Assembly: GCA_963843145.1 (NCBI GenBank)
Contig: CAWJJC010000027.1
Location: 384,001-448,000 of the forward strand
Direction of reading: 5' to 3'
Source of the DNA: an uncultured delta proteobacterium
GTDB lineage: Bacteria > Desulfobacterota > RBG-13-43-22
DNA: 64,000 bases
The position numbers and the translations under genes are program-made. This document shows positions 29,349 to 40,345 of this stretch, in pieces; position 1 is the stretch's first letter, and every line of letters starts with the position of its first letter. The notes under the pieces are model-generated. The model saw only the letters and a list, made by a program, of their open reading frames with translations. It was not told the DNA's origin and searched no databases.

Positions 29349-31553
29349 TTACTGAAATCGAGCTTGGAGGGCCTTATAGTTCCAGCCGAAGGAAACCAGC
29401 AGCTCCTCCCCGGCCTTGAGGAGCAGTTCGAGGTATTTTTTTTGGTCGTAGGGTTCTTGGCCGCTCAGGAAGGGGGCGGGGACCACCCGCTCCTCGGGCC
29501 GGGTCGCCCCGCTGTCTCGCAGGAGAAAGGACACCCGTTGGCCGGGCTGGAGGGTCAGCCCCTCGGCCTCCAGTTGCTGGAGGGTCAGGGCCGACTGGGT
29601 AGCCACCCGGTACTGGTCCAGGGGACGGCTGGATCGGCGGGTGATGATCAGTTCCGTGGGGTGGACCCGTCCGTCTTTCAGCAGTCCGGCGTATTCGCCC
29701 AGACGGGTCAGCATTTCCGGCACCTGTTTTTCCAGAGCTTGCCGGTCTCCGGCCCGGGCCATCCAGCCCAGAAGTTCCTCCTGCACCTCCCGGACGAAGC
29801 GGGGGACGTCCTTGCGGCAGCGGGCGATCCCCCGGGTCTTGAGGGTCCCGTTTTGAAAGGCCCCGAAGTAGCGGTTGGCCACCGGACGGCGCGGCTGGAC
29901 CTTGGAAGGCAGGAAGACGATCCAATGATAAATTCCCTCCAGACTTATGGGAACCTGAGTCTTTCGCTCGATTTCCTCAAGCAAAATCTTAAGGTCCACT
30001 TCCGTCAGCCGCTCCCCCTGGAGCCAGAGGGAATCGGTCAGCCCGTGGAGGACCTGGTAGCCCCGGGCCTCGGCGCACTCCTTGGCGATCAGCAGCTTGT
30101 CCCGGCCGAAGGCGGTGATGGCCTCGTGGGCCTCGATCCGACCGAAGCGGGCGTTCTTGTAGCCCAGGTAGCCGAAGCAGGTGACCAGCACCCACTTCAA
30201 CCCTTTCTGCAGGGCCTGATAAACGGCCATCCGCGGATGCCCGGCCTTGATCCGGGCCTTGAGCTCGGTCCGCAGCTTCAGGATCGGCTCCAATGTTTCA
30301 GGCACCAGTCCCCGACGGCGCCGACAAATATTGTAGCCCGCCTCCGGGACCACCGGTTCCGGGCAGCAGGAACATAGCATGGTTTCGGGCGAGATATTGT
30401 GCCGGACCATGATGGTGGGATACATGGAGGCATAGTCGATCTCGGCCACCCGCTCTCGGAGTCCGATCGGCGGCTGGAAGACCAGCCCTCCCTTGTCCGC
30501 AACCAGGAGGTCCCAGGCGGTCTTGAAGTCCTCGGGCCGCCCCTTTTTCCAGGGGATCAGGATCCCTTTCTGTACCGCCCGGTCGAGCTGCATGGAGGTG
30601 ATGGCCGTGCCCGGCGAGGTCCGGGCCAGGGTCTGGACCGGGATTTTGGTCAGTCGGGCCAGGGAAATGGTTCCCTCCAGGCCGCACTCGCCTTGGGTGA
30701 AGAAAAAGGAATTGTTCCGGTCGATGTGGAAGCGTCCGAAGAGGGGGAAGGCCGCGCCCTGGTAGGCGATCTGACCGTAAGTGAAGTAAGAGCGCCCTTC
30801 CCCCACCCGCCGCCGCGCCGGAGGGTGGGGGTCCCGATCCAGGACCAAAGGAATTCTTTCCTTCTCCGCCCAGCGCCAGAGACAGGGAAAGATGCGGCCG
30901 TCCCCCTGCTGGGAAAGGAGGCAGTCCGGATCCAGACGGGCGATCAGCCGGTTGAACTCGGTCAGGAACTCCGCGGGAGTCAGGCCGTCCAGTTCGAAGA
31001 CCCGGTCCTCGTAAATGACCCGCAGGCTGTTGCCCCGGTCCAAAGGAATCTGGGGGTGTTTCGCCAGGGTGAGCTCGACAACTTTCAGAGAGGGGATCGG
31101 AGCATCCGGGTCCCAGGGAGAATGGAGGACCTTGAGGCCCCGGAGCTGATTGCGCTCCCATTCGAACTCGCAGAAGGCCAGGGGGAAGACGCCCCGCTCG
31201 TAGGCGTAGTACTGGGGGACGGCCAAATCGCAGTTATAAAAGGTGATCCCGCCGGCCCAGTCGGCCAGGCGCCGCTGGATCTCCGGAAGCTTCTGCAGGG
31301 CCCGGACCTCCAGCTCAAAAACCGGCATTGCCTTGCCGCTCCAGAATTCGGTCCGCTTAGTCCAGCCCGTGCGCCGCAGATACCGACCGAGCCCTCTTTC
31401 CAGGGCGCTCAGAGCGGACCGGGTCCCCTGGGCGTAAAAGCGGTAGCCGAAATAGTCGGTCAGGCAGAGCATCTCCCCGCCCGTTAATCGAAACCAGAGG
31501 ACCATCACGTCCTCCCGCACATAGAGGTCGAAGAGCCAGCCTTTGGCGATCAT
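29349..31553 (-). CDS. Family B DNA polymerase, PolB2 (archaeal Dpo2-like) type
   Basis: Motif A EIDYASMYPTIM, motif B QKGLKWVLVTCFGYLGY, motif C HGLTDS (first Asp of YGDTDS replaced); degenerate exonuclease region. Confidence 0.88.
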   Translation of the reverse strand: MIAKGWLFDLYVREDVMVLWFRLTGGEMLCLTDYFGYRFYAQGTRSALSALERGLGRYLRRTGWTKRTEFWSGKAMPVFELEVRALQKLPEIQRRLADWAGGITFYNCDLAVPQYYAYERGVFPLAFCEFEWERNQLRGLKVLHSPWDPDAPIPSLKVVELTLAKHPQIPLDRGNSLRVIYEDRVFELDGLTPAEFLTEFNRLIARLDPDCLLSQQGDGRIFPCLWRWAEKERIPLVLDRDPHPPARRRVGEGRSYFTYGQIAYQGAAFPLFGRFHIDRNNSFFFTQGECGLEGTISLARLTKIPVQTLARTSPGTAITSMQLDRAVQKGILIPWKKGRPEDFKTAWDLLVADKGGLVFQPPIGLRERVAEIDYASMYPTIMVRHNISPETMLCSCCPEPVVPEAGYNICRRRRGLVPETLEPILKLRTELKARIKAGHPRMAVYQALQKGLKWVLVTCFGYLGYKNARFGRIEAHEAITAFGRDKLLIAKECAEARGYQVLHGLTDSLWLQGERLTEVDLKILLEEIERKTQVPISLEGIYHWIVFLPSKVQPRRPVANRYFGAFQNGTLKTRGIARCRKDVPRFVREVQEELLGWMARAGDRQALEKQVPEMLTRLGEYAGLLKDGRVHPTELIITRRSSRPLDQYRVATQSALTLQQLEAEGLTLQPGQRVSFLLRDSGATRPEERVVPAPFLSGQEPYDQKKYLELLLKAGEELLVSFGWNYKALQARFQ

Positions 31554-31681
31554 GGGATATTTTTCGGGACTTATCAATTTGTTGCCAATCGGAAGTTAAT
31601 CTTCCAATGAACAAGGATAGGTTTCGCGACGTCTGATGTATTTAAAAGGTTTTGGGTGGACCTGAAGGATCATAAGACCGG

Positions 31682-31940
31682 CTAATTCATTTTTACCGGC
31701 TGCCGAATAACGGTCTTCAGCTTTTCCGAGGCGGTCCTACGGGGATCGCTCAAATAAATCTCGTTAGGACAGGCGGTACAAGGCATCTACCGCCGCCTGG
31801 AAATCCGGTGCAGTATTGGGATCTCCGACCCCATCGGCCATGAGGAAGTTCATGTCCGGCACCTCGACCAGCGTTACTTCTTTGGCGGAAGGGGCGTAAG
31901 AGATGTTATTGTTCTTTTTCAGGTCGATTTTACCCATCAT
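31682..31940 (-). pseudogene. GyrI-like effector-binding protein with large internal deletion
   Basis: MGKIDLKK..VEVPDMNFLMADGVGDPNT..AVDALY abuts the C-terminal EIYLSDPRRTASEKLKTVIRQP. Confidence 0.7.
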
Positions 31941-31962
31941 GCCCTGTATAACTCAACTTTTC

Positions 31963-32187
31963 TCAAACGCCCGAGAAATCATCCCGAGAAATTCCAGCTT
32001 GGGTACAAATAGTACGCAAAGTCGAAGCCTTGAGGTTAGAATGATTCGGCATGGTCAACGGAGTCCTGGTCCCATCCGGATTAATCCTTTCCATGGCGAT
32101 GTGCTCTTTTTCCCGGACCAAGCGAAAACCGCGCAGTTCAAACGCCTTGACTACTTTCCCTTTTGGCGCATCAACCGGGAATTTCAT
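31963..32187 (-). CDS. HicA-family toxin
   Basis: GFRLVREKEHI, LTMPNH, TLRTICTQAGI. Confidence 0.8.
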   Translation of the reverse strand: MKFPVDAPKGKVVKAFELRGFRLVREKEHIAMERINPDGTRTPLTMPNHSNLKASTLRTICTQAGISRDDFSGV

Positions 32188-32404
32188 GCGATGGCCGCCT
32201 CCGCGACAAATACTTCCAGCACCGGAGGCCCTACTTCTAAGACCTCCTCCCAAATGTTTCAATATGAAAACGCACGGCTGATTTCACATCAGCAAGAGCC
32301 TCTTCATAGGAATCTCCTTCCCCTACCACCACCCCTTTAAGTCCCAGAGGATAGGCTACATATCCATCAGATTGTTTTTCAACGATAATTTTATACTGTT
32401 TCAC
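32184..32404 (-). CDS. HicB-family antitoxin (apparent 1-nt deletion in a G run)
   Basis: VKQYKIIVEKQSDGYVAYPLGLKGVVVGEGDSYEEALADVKSAVRFHIE; stop overlaps the hicA ATG (ATGA). Confidence 0.72.
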
Positions 32405-32457
32405 CCAGATCCCCCCTTGCTATAATAATTCTGTTTATGTTTCTGGCCGGTGCTCTC

Positions 32458-33381
32458 TTATCCCTCCTTGTCTGGCAAGTCTGGGATACTGGGCGGCTGA
32501 AGCGAATAGAGGTCGCGCCAGAGTTCCATGGCTGTTGCAGTACGGTAGGCTACATGCCTGCGAAGCGCTTTCTCCAAAGCAAATCTGTAAGGGGCCAGGA
32601 GATCCAGTGCCATGTCTCTTGGGCGACCAGCAAGTATCTCGTCTTGAGAAAATCGCAACTCGTGTGAGTGGGCCAACTGCAGAAGGAGCAGTCCGATGTG
32701 ATAAATATCAATTCGGTGGTCAATCGGTCCAAACTCCGAGGGGTCAATTGCTTCGGGTGGAAGCATCCAGTCCGCACGTGTGTTTGTTGAATTCAACTCT
32801 CCGAAAAGCTTGGCAACCCCAAGATCACCAAGTTTGAACTGAATCGCGCCGGGATCCTTTGGACGCATCTCGTCCTTGGCGAATGCAGCAAAGACATTGC
32901 CAGAATGTATGTCCTGATGAGCGTACTGATTGAGGTGGATATAATGTACGGCCTGCAGCAGGCACCGGGCAATTGGCATTAACCATGCAATTCCAATGAA
33001 ATCCTTCAATGAAAAGAGCTGGGCAAGCGGACAGTAGCATCGCTCCGTGATGATGTAAAAAGTATCCCTGAACTCAAAAGCGTCGAATACATATGTGATA
33101 TTTGGATGACGCAAGACGGCCAGTTTTCTAAATTCAGCTTCAGCCGAGGCCCTTATTTTCTCGTAGGTGCCGATGGGCTTCAAAACTTTTGCGGCCATAT
33201 CGTTATCCCAAACGTCAACACAGCTAAAAACGACTCCAAAGTAGCCTTCGCCGATCTGATGACCCATGGTATAGGTATTACCCGTCGCGAGACTGGTGAT
33301 TACCTCTCCTGGCGCCGGAGGGACAACTACTTTTGCTGGGGATATAGGGGCTGGAACCGTTGCCACTGGCATGCCCATCAC
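32458..33381 (-). CDS. Stand-alone Hanks-type Ser/Thr protein kinase
   Basis: IGEGYFGVV, AAKVL, HQDIHSGNV, LGDLGVAK, PPE, DIYHIG. Confidence 0.9.
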   Translation of the reverse strand: MMGMPVATVPAPISPAKVVVPPAPGEVITSLATGNTYTMGHQIGEGYFGVVFSCVDVWDNDMAAKVLKPIGTYEKIRASAEAEFRKLAVLRHPNITYVFDAFEFRDTFYIITERCYCPLAQLFSLKDFIGIAWLMPIARCLLQAVHYIHLNQYAHQDIHSGNVFAAFAKDEMRPKDPGAIQFKLGDLGVAKLFGELNSTNTRADWMLPPEAIDPSEFGPIDHRIDIYHIGLLLLQLAHSHELRFSQDEILAGRPRDMALDLLAPYRFALEKALRRHVAYRTATAMELWRDLYSLQPPSIPDLPDKEG

Positions 33382-34457
33382 CGATTCTCCTCTGACGGTC
33401 TAACTGACTTCTTTGATTGTTTTTCGGTTTTATATTCGGCGTTTTTTTCACAAAGGAACAACTGTGCCGGTCTGATGATGGTGGCCAATTCCTTATCTAG
33501 CCTCGCCCAAAGATCCGTAATTGCACTTTTTGTATCTAGGTCGATAAACCGTAGTGCCGACGTGCGGACAAACATGCTTTCTATTTCAAAACTCAGCCAT
33601 TTCCTTCTTAAATTCTGCGCCGCAAATCCCGTCGTATTGGACCCCGCGAAAATGTCAAGGACGACATCACCCGGGTCTGTTAGAAACTGGATAAAGAAGG
33701 ATGGCAACTTTTCGGGAAATCTGGCCGGGTGTGCTCCAATGCCAACAGCCTTGCATGCACGAAGGTACAAAGAATTACTTTCCGTATTGGAGATTTCAAG
33801 AAGGTTGGAGGGGATGGCCCCTCCATTGTCAGAGGCAAAACCAATACTAATGTCGTGACCGGATGGCCGCTTCTTCGGAGAATAGAAGCTCTCGCTGTCT
33901 GCCAGAAGCTTTTTCATCCTATCCGAGTATGGAACAAGGACGTTTTTAACGTTAGCTTTCGGTGCTTCGGTCTTACTTAGCCACCAAACCGTGTCAACTG
34001 AATCTTTCGCCCGGATTTTGCGTTTATTAACCCATTCGATGGGAGATGGCAGTTTGGCCGGATTATGCCAAAAAAACTCCTCAGCCAGGTTAAAACCTTC
34101 ATTGTCGCAAAGCCGTATTAATACCTTATAGTTGTAAAGCGATCTGATCGGCTTACCCTTCTGATAAGCACCGCCAAGATCTATTACGAAGCTACCTGTA
34201 GGTTTCAGTATCCGATATACAGGAGAGGCAAACTGAAGTAACCAGTCAACATATTCTGATTGCTCTGTATTGCCATAGGATTTCTTCCTCTGGAGGGCAA
34301 AAGGTGGTGATGTCATCACCAGATCGACACTCTCCGGAGGCAGAGACTTAAGAAGTTCCAGCGAATCACCGCAGTAGGCTCTGCCCCAATCCGTCAGGTA
34401 GGTGGGAATCGGTAATCCCTTGACTATGCTATCATCAGAATTCATCCACATCAGCAA
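33378..34457 (-). CDS. Beta-class N4-cytosine DNA methyltransferase, M.PvuII-like
   Basis: DLVMTSPPF (motif IV) precedes HPARFP and VLDIFAGSNTTG (motif I). Confidence 0.9.
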   Translation of the reverse strand: MLMWMNSDDSIVKGLPIPTYLTDWGRAYCGDSLELLKSLPPESVDLVMTSPPFALQRKKSYGNTEQSEYVDWLLQFASPVYRILKPTGSFVIDLGGAYQKGKPIRSLYNYKVLIRLCDNEGFNLAEEFFWHNPAKLPSPIEWVNKRKIRAKDSVDTVWWLSKTEAPKANVKNVLVPYSDRMKKLLADSESFYSPKKRPSGHDISIGFASDNGGAIPSNLLEISNTESNSLYLRACKAVGIGAHPARFPEKLPSFFIQFLTDPGDVVLDIFAGSNTTGFAAQNLRRKWLSFEIESMFVRTSALRFIDLDTKSAITDLWARLDKELATIIRPAQLFLCEKNAEYKTEKQSKKSVRPSEENR

Positions 34458-35924
34458 TCCAGCTCCTCATAATCTGCCACGGAACGGTGGCTTCTAAAAA
34501 AACCTCAGGATCAGATTCTTTGATCGGTTGAATACGGGCCGCCCACGTATCGCCGTCTTGTGTACCCAGAATATAGGCAATCCATCGTCTGGCTTCGTCA
34601 TCACCCTGACACACTTGAGCAAGTTCTTCGATTGTGAAGCGGCCGCTACGGCTGAGGGCCCAAGCTAAGCCTGCGCGTCGATTAGACTCGGCTGTACCCA
34701 AATGTGCAGTCAGGCTTAAACACCTTTCGTCATTCTCCATAACCTTCCGAAGCGCACGTACAGCTTCAATTCGTAACCCGGCTGTTAGATCACTAAAGGT
34801 ACAAACAAGAGCATCGACCCCTTTGGCATCGCCAATTTCGCCGATCGCCCAAGCCGCACCAGCTCGAGATCTCTGCATGCCGTCGAGGATCGAGTAGCGT
34901 ATCGATAAGGAGGTCTGTTGCCTCGGAAGTTCGCATTTCCCCCAAAATGATCACTGTTTCAAGCTGATTCTCCAAAAAGTCGCTATCCAAGGACTTTTTG
35001 ATCCAGTCCCAGCCTTCCTGCACACCTTGTCGTGCAAGGCTTGCTGCTGCCTCTAAGCGAACGTAAATATGCTCAGCTTCGTCCCGTTCGGCCCGCAGCA
35101 GAGAGGCACGGACACGTTCACCGGTAAAATGGGCCAAGGCCTTGGCCCCGGAATATCTTAAGGCAACATCCCGCGAGGAAAGCCATTCAATATAAGATTC
35201 TTTGGTGACTGTGGGCATTTCCGGTAATATGCGCATTACAGGAACAACCGAAGCCACCACCTGGGACTCATGCACCTCCTCTCCTACAGACACTAAAACA
35301 TTCAAATCGATTCCTTTCCGGCGGAGCAGAAGAGATACGGTTCTATTGTCACCTTCACGCTGGTATTTAAGACGGTCCCCAACAATCTCTTTTACTCTTC
35401 CGAGCCTGTTCGCAATAGCGGCGGGCCAAGTAACCCTTAGTTCAAACCCCTCTTGTGCACCTTTCGGCTTTTCCTTTATCACCTGTCCGGAAGCCCAAGC
35501 TTTCCGCATCTCCTCTACCTGAATATATTGGATAAGGGAGTTGGCCTGCCAATCTATCGGTCGGGTGCCCACCTTTGAGCACCAAGTCAGGGCTACAAAA
35601 TCACTATTAAGAAGCCCCACGATCCCAACCCCGCTCGGGGTCTGATTCCGAATGCGACATACTGATTTCAAGCGCTGTTTTTGCCCGTGCCTCGATTCGG
35701 ATTCCCTTATCCAAAAGAAGAATATCGGGGAGTCGCAGCCTCTTTATCTTGATCTGCTTCCATATTTTCCAGTTTGAAGATCCCCGTTCCAATTCAATCG
35801 GAGTAAAACCCTGCTGCCGAAGATCGCTCATCACGGCTCGGGTACCGGTCGCACCAATGGCGAGTTTTTCCAGGAAACTTTCGTCTGACTTAAAAGATCT
35901 ACGGATGGCCATACCTTTTCCCAA
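34435..35924 (-). CDS. PD-(D/E)xK-like nuclease domain fused to HEAT repeats (two apparent frameshifts)
   Basis: LPDILL..IRIEARAK N-terminus; HEAT-like repeats (LRYSGAKAL, VRLEAAASL, RAGAAWAIGEIG, LRIEAVRAL) spread over ORFs 35607-35924, 34793-35671 and 34435-34878. Confidence 0.65.
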
Positions 35925-35999
35925 TCTTCCCCAATGATCCCGTTTATTAAAATTGGCTCAGAAAATATAAATGACTTAGCGCCGTATTATGCCCCAAGT

Positions 36000-36200
36000 T
36001 TTATAAATTTGATTCTCTTTTTCGCCTGATCCTAATCCGATGCGGTTACTTTACCGGTCGTGAAGGCCTCCTCCCGATCTTTAAGGATGGCCTCATGCCA
36101 GGCCGGTGATTTTAATTTCTTCTCGTCATGGGTCAGTTTCTCTAGAAGCATTTTCATCAAACCCAGTTTCTGGGAAAAGGTAAGTTGGGAAAGAGCCAAG
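36000..36200 (-). pseudogene. Addiction-module antitoxin component remnant
   Basis: LSQLTFSQKL..SPAWHEAILKDRE..SD*DQAKKRI; TAG at the expected Trp. Confidence 0.6.
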
Positions 36201-36209
36201 ATGCCTTTC

Positions 36210-37253
36210 TTATTTCGTTCTGAATTCCTTGAGTCGCGTCGTCTCAACAACCGGTCAAGTGTTTTAAAGTAAAAACTTTCCCCCTAGTCGCACAAGATCA
36301 ATCTTTTCATATCTTCCCGACGGACCCCAAAGCCCCGGCCGCCGATACAGGCAACGACTTCATATTTCGGGGCATTATCTTGAGATCGTTTTGAGAGACT
36401 TAACTCGCCAGATGCTGGATGCGTGTGACCTTATCCCTGGCCGTCCCATCATCTTCGGTAATTTTCGCCTCGATGATAATCTGAGGATTGAATTCGCTGG
36501 GAACAATGAAATCCGGTATTTGATCAAACCCTTCGATACGCTCCGCACGTTTTGTTTTTCGGAAGCTGATCCCGGCCTGGCTCAAGACATCCTCGATGGC
36601 CGATTCGAGATATCTCCAACTCAATTCACTCACCGAATCCCGATGGCCTGCAAATGGTCTGCCGAGAAACCGTTCATATAGTAGCATGGCATAGGGTACC
36701 CCCATACCGGCGAGATTTTTAATGCTTTGGATTCCGACTCTGGTGTCGGCTTTATCCAGACGATGAAGTTGGTAGACTTCAATTTTCGGAACGCATTGTG
36801 AGAGCAATTGACAGGCCGTATCCACAAGAGCCTGCAGCCGCTCCCGGGTCACCCCTGTTGATGTATCGGAGTCTCCGGAGTCATCCTCACTTTGCGGTCC
36901 AGCGAGCGCACGAATCCTTGAGAAACGACCACACCTGTCCTTTGGGTGGCAACATAAGCCCACTCCGGCGGCGTAAAGCCAAGCATGGATCGCAATACCA
37001 CCAGCGAAATTGGTTCCTTCAAAATCCCGGCAAGCACATTGGACGGCTCCACTCGGGAAAACCCTTGGGTTGCCGCTTTCAAGGCTTCATAACCGCGCTC
37101 GAAAACAGGATATTCCACGAAGCCGGCTCCTTTGGGCATTATCAGAAATTCCGACTCGAGACAGGAGAAAACGGCGTCAACATAGCTTTCCGGATCTTTT
37201 AAGATTTCTTCAAAGGGAACTTCAAAAGGAAACATCGGCATCTTGGTTTCCAT
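36210..37253 (-). CDS. Putative PD-(D/E)xK restriction endonuclease (several apparent frameshifts)
   Basis: QIPDFIVP..IIIEAKITEDDGTARDK; start overlaps the end of the upstream methylase. Confidence 0.7.
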
Positions 37254-39436
37254 AAGGTTTCGTCTCTTCCCGCACAGCAAAAAGAAGGGTTTCAGACTGT
37301 GATTGGTTGGGATCCTCGAGAAGTTTTTCGACTTCGCCCCATCCCCCAAATTTCCGAAGCCATTCGGCGACCGCCAGCATCCTTACAGTCACTGTAGCTT
37401 TTTTGTCCCACTCATTTTCTCAGATGCCAAACAGCCAGGCGAATCAGATGGCCATAGGTGACACAGCGGGCGTCTCCGGGGGTAGGCTTCACCCCACCCT
37501 CCCTGAGCCCGGCCAAGTCCTCGGCTACCAGATCGGCAACCCCTTCGAATCGAATCGGGCAGCCATTTTTTTGAAATGGTTCCCGTAGACCGGCAGACAA
37601 AAACGGTATCGATGATAGACGATCCCGTGCCGTTGATGTGAATGGAAGCCCCCATTTCCGCCGGGCAGGGCAGCGAAGCGGAGCAGGTCAGACCTGCATC
37701 AAGTATGGCGACGGCTACTGGGGAATAGGCGTTGAGGTCATTGTGGTGGTACGTGAAGGCCAGAGGAGACCCCGGCTTCAAGGCCGCTGCCATGCGCTGA
37801 TAAACGGCGGAAAGGCCCTGGGTGAAATGCTCCAGTCCCCGACCCATATCCTCGTTTCCGGTGAGTTCCTGGGGGTTCCGGGTCGATTCCCGCTCGAAGG
37901 CCTCGATCTTTTCACCGACCAGACGCCGCAGCCAGACATAGCAGAAATCCATCAGTTCCGCATATTGCACATTACCAAAATACGGCGGATCGGTAAAAAC
38001 CGCATCCAGGGAGGAAGACGGCAGCTTCACTTTGGCCGCGTCCCGGCATTGAATGTCCACCCACCGCTGCATTTTTGATTTGTCGCCGTTAAGGTGGTCA
38101 CCGATCCATTCGCCCTGGATGGGCACCATTTCCTTTCGAAATCCGTGGTGCCTGATCTCGAAAGGAGCCTCACAGTAGGCCTTGGCTTTGCGAAACTTAT
38201 CGGTGATATTGGCCCAGCCGCCGCTTCCCACACACATATTCTTGTTGGGGTCCCTGATGCCCATAAAATTGGACTCGCATTGAATCAGCCCCACCGGAAA
38301 GCCGTGGACGGAGAATATATCCAGTGATTTCAAAGCCATGGTGTCGTAGCGGCAGAGCATATTCTGATAGCGCAACAAGTCGGAGAGGTTCGTTGCCAGG
38401 GCGTTACGGACGCGTTCATTCGCCGTTTTGGAAATGATTCGCGCCGAAAGTTCAAGCCCCAGAAGCTGTCGGGCGTTGAACATTTCCCGGTAGTGTCGGT
38501 ATCCCCATCGATGCAGGCGATTGGTTTCATCGCCCGACGGAATCTCATCGTCCGGGACAAATCGCGAGCGCAATCCCTTCCATCGTTCCTCGGCTTCCGT
38601 CACCCGTCTTCAGGTCAGGCCCATCGGGGACCTTAAAGAACCGCCCCGCATGGCCTTTTTTGCAGGACGGACAGTGATATTCGATGGCGAAAAGCCGGTG
38701 CCGCGGCGGTCCCAGGCTGCTGTTGGGATAAAAATTGTCGGTTTCACAATGAGGGCAACGGCATCGGTTTCGGCCGGCAGGACCATGCATCGACAGCCCG
38801 GTACCGCAATGCCGGCAGTTGCCCGGATTAATCCGGTCTCCGGTCTCCGTCAATTGACCGCAACCAGAGCAGACAAAGACATTTTTGGGGATGCCGTCTG
38901 TCCGTGGAAATCAGGTAGCCGGGGAACAGATCGATATCCTTCTCGCACTGACTACAGGAAATGACCTTGACCCACAAAAAATACTTAACGGAGGCGTCCT
39001 GCTTTCCGCAAAGAACACATTCCGTGTGGTACAAATGTCCGATGTCGTTTTCCAGCCTTCGGTTCAGGGATTCGACCGCCTGGTCATAGGCTCCAAGGTC
39101 CAGATGCTCGATTTCCTGTTTGACGATCCAATACGACATGGGGTTGATATCGAAGCCGGTCACGTGGCAGCCCAAGCGGTTCGCTTCCAGGAGAGGCGTC
39201 CCGCCCCCCATGAAGGGATCGGCAATCCGGAGAGCCTTCAAATCGTTCGCCTGATAAAAGGCCTCGCGAAGCGGAAGACCCGAGAATTCGGACAGCAACA
39301 GTCCCCGAAACAGGGTCCCCGGACGCCGGGCGAACCACTTATGCACCGCAATGATCGGCCGGTAGTTCTGCTGAATCTGCTTCTCCCGCAGCGCCAGATC
39401 GGCGATGAAGGCTATGTCGAAGTTTTTTTCAATCAT
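37222..39436 (-). CDS. DUF1156-type adenine-specific DNA methyltransferase (several apparent frameshifts)
   Basis: HKWFARRP, DPFMGGGT (motif I), CxxC zinc ribbons, TDPPYFGNVQYAEL (motif IV), FTYHH. Confidence 0.82.
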
Positions 39437-39478
39437 GGATTTTATGACGGCTTCTACTTGGAGAGTATGATAGTTCTA

Positions 39479-39916
39479 TCATCGCAGATTTTCCAGATCG
39501 GCCAGATCCTGCAATCGCCCCGCCGCCTTCTTGGTCTTTTTCAGGTTTTCCCGGTCGATGAAATTTACCGGGACGCCGTCGATCACCACTTCCACCCGGG
39601 CCGCATAGGAACGTTCGAAATCGATCCCTGGCGGTGATATGATCAGGTCGATGCGGTTGGGCGGGTAGCCCAGTTGGATAATCTGTTCCGGTTCCAGGAA
39701 ATCCTCCGCCGTGAGATCCAGGGACCCGAATCCGAAATGCACCAGGGCCTTCATCAGCTTCGCCGCATTCTCCGGGTCCCGCTCAATCCACACATCCAGG
39801 TCCTTGGTATAGCGGGGATAGCCGTGCAGCGCCACCGCATACGCCCCGATCACCAGGTAGCGGACATCGTTATCGTTTAACGATCGAATAAACTCTTTGA
39901 AATCCGGGTTCAGCAT
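39479..39916 (-). CDS. Nucleotidyltransferase-fold protein (putative TA component)
   Basis: YLVIGAYAVALHGYPRYTKDLD, K.AAGRLQDLADLE. Confidence 0.8.
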   Translation of the reverse strand: MLNPDFKEFIRSLNDNDVRYLVIGAYAVALHGYPRYTKDLDVWIERDPENAAKLMKALVHFGFGSLDLTAEDFLEPEQIIQLGYPPNRIDLIISPPGIDFERSYAARVEVVIDGVPVNFIDRENLKKTKKAAGRLQDLADLENLR

Positions 39917-40067
39917 CGTATTTCCACCTGTGGAATTCCTGCCGGATCTGTTCCAGGGCGGCCAGCCGGCGGGCATAGGGCTGGGTCTGCCAGTAGGCAA
40001 AATCGGTTTTCTGTTCGCCGATTTTTACTTTGGTCCAGACCTTGGCAATGGAGGGAGACGGTTCCAT
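39870..40067 (-). CDS. Small partner protein of the nucleotidyltransferase
   Basis: 65 aa, DFAYWQTQPYARRLAALEQIR; overlaps the NTase start. Confidence 0.65.
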   Translation of the reverse strand: MEPSPSIAKVWTKVKIGEQKTDFAYWQTQPYARRLAALEQIRQEFHRWKYDAEPGFQRVYSIVKR

Positions 40068-40163
40068 ATTTAATTTCCTGATACTCCTTTTTTTGTTTAT
40101 AACTATCACATTTTACAAAAATAATCCAACAGACTCCCAAGGCAATCATTCCCGAAAAGCAGG

Positions 40164-40342
40164 GAACACCACGAGCGCCTCCGGGTCCGGGTGGATCTCT
40201 TCGAAAAACTGGCCGTCGCCCAGGCGCAATCGGCCTCCGACGCCAAGGGGTTTACCCCCACGCAGGTGATGAAAAAACTTCGGCAGCGTCTGCATGGCCG
40301 GTAAGGTTTCCCTGTTCACGGCTCCCGCGACCTGGCCGATAT
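40164..40342 (+). pseudogene. Remnant of Phd/YefM antitoxin C-terminus plus start of a ParE/RelE-like gene
   Basis: EHHERLRVRVDLFEKLAVAQAQS..VMKKLRQRLHGR* overlapped by MAGKVS...DLADI. Confidence 0.45.
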
Positions 40343-40345
40343 CAT

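Noticed and set aside
29364-31487. Long opposite-strand and alternate-frame ORFs over polB2 (and similar ones over tupA, TBDR and the serine hydrolase)
   Set aside because: Shadow ORFs typical of high-GC coding DNA; no motifs
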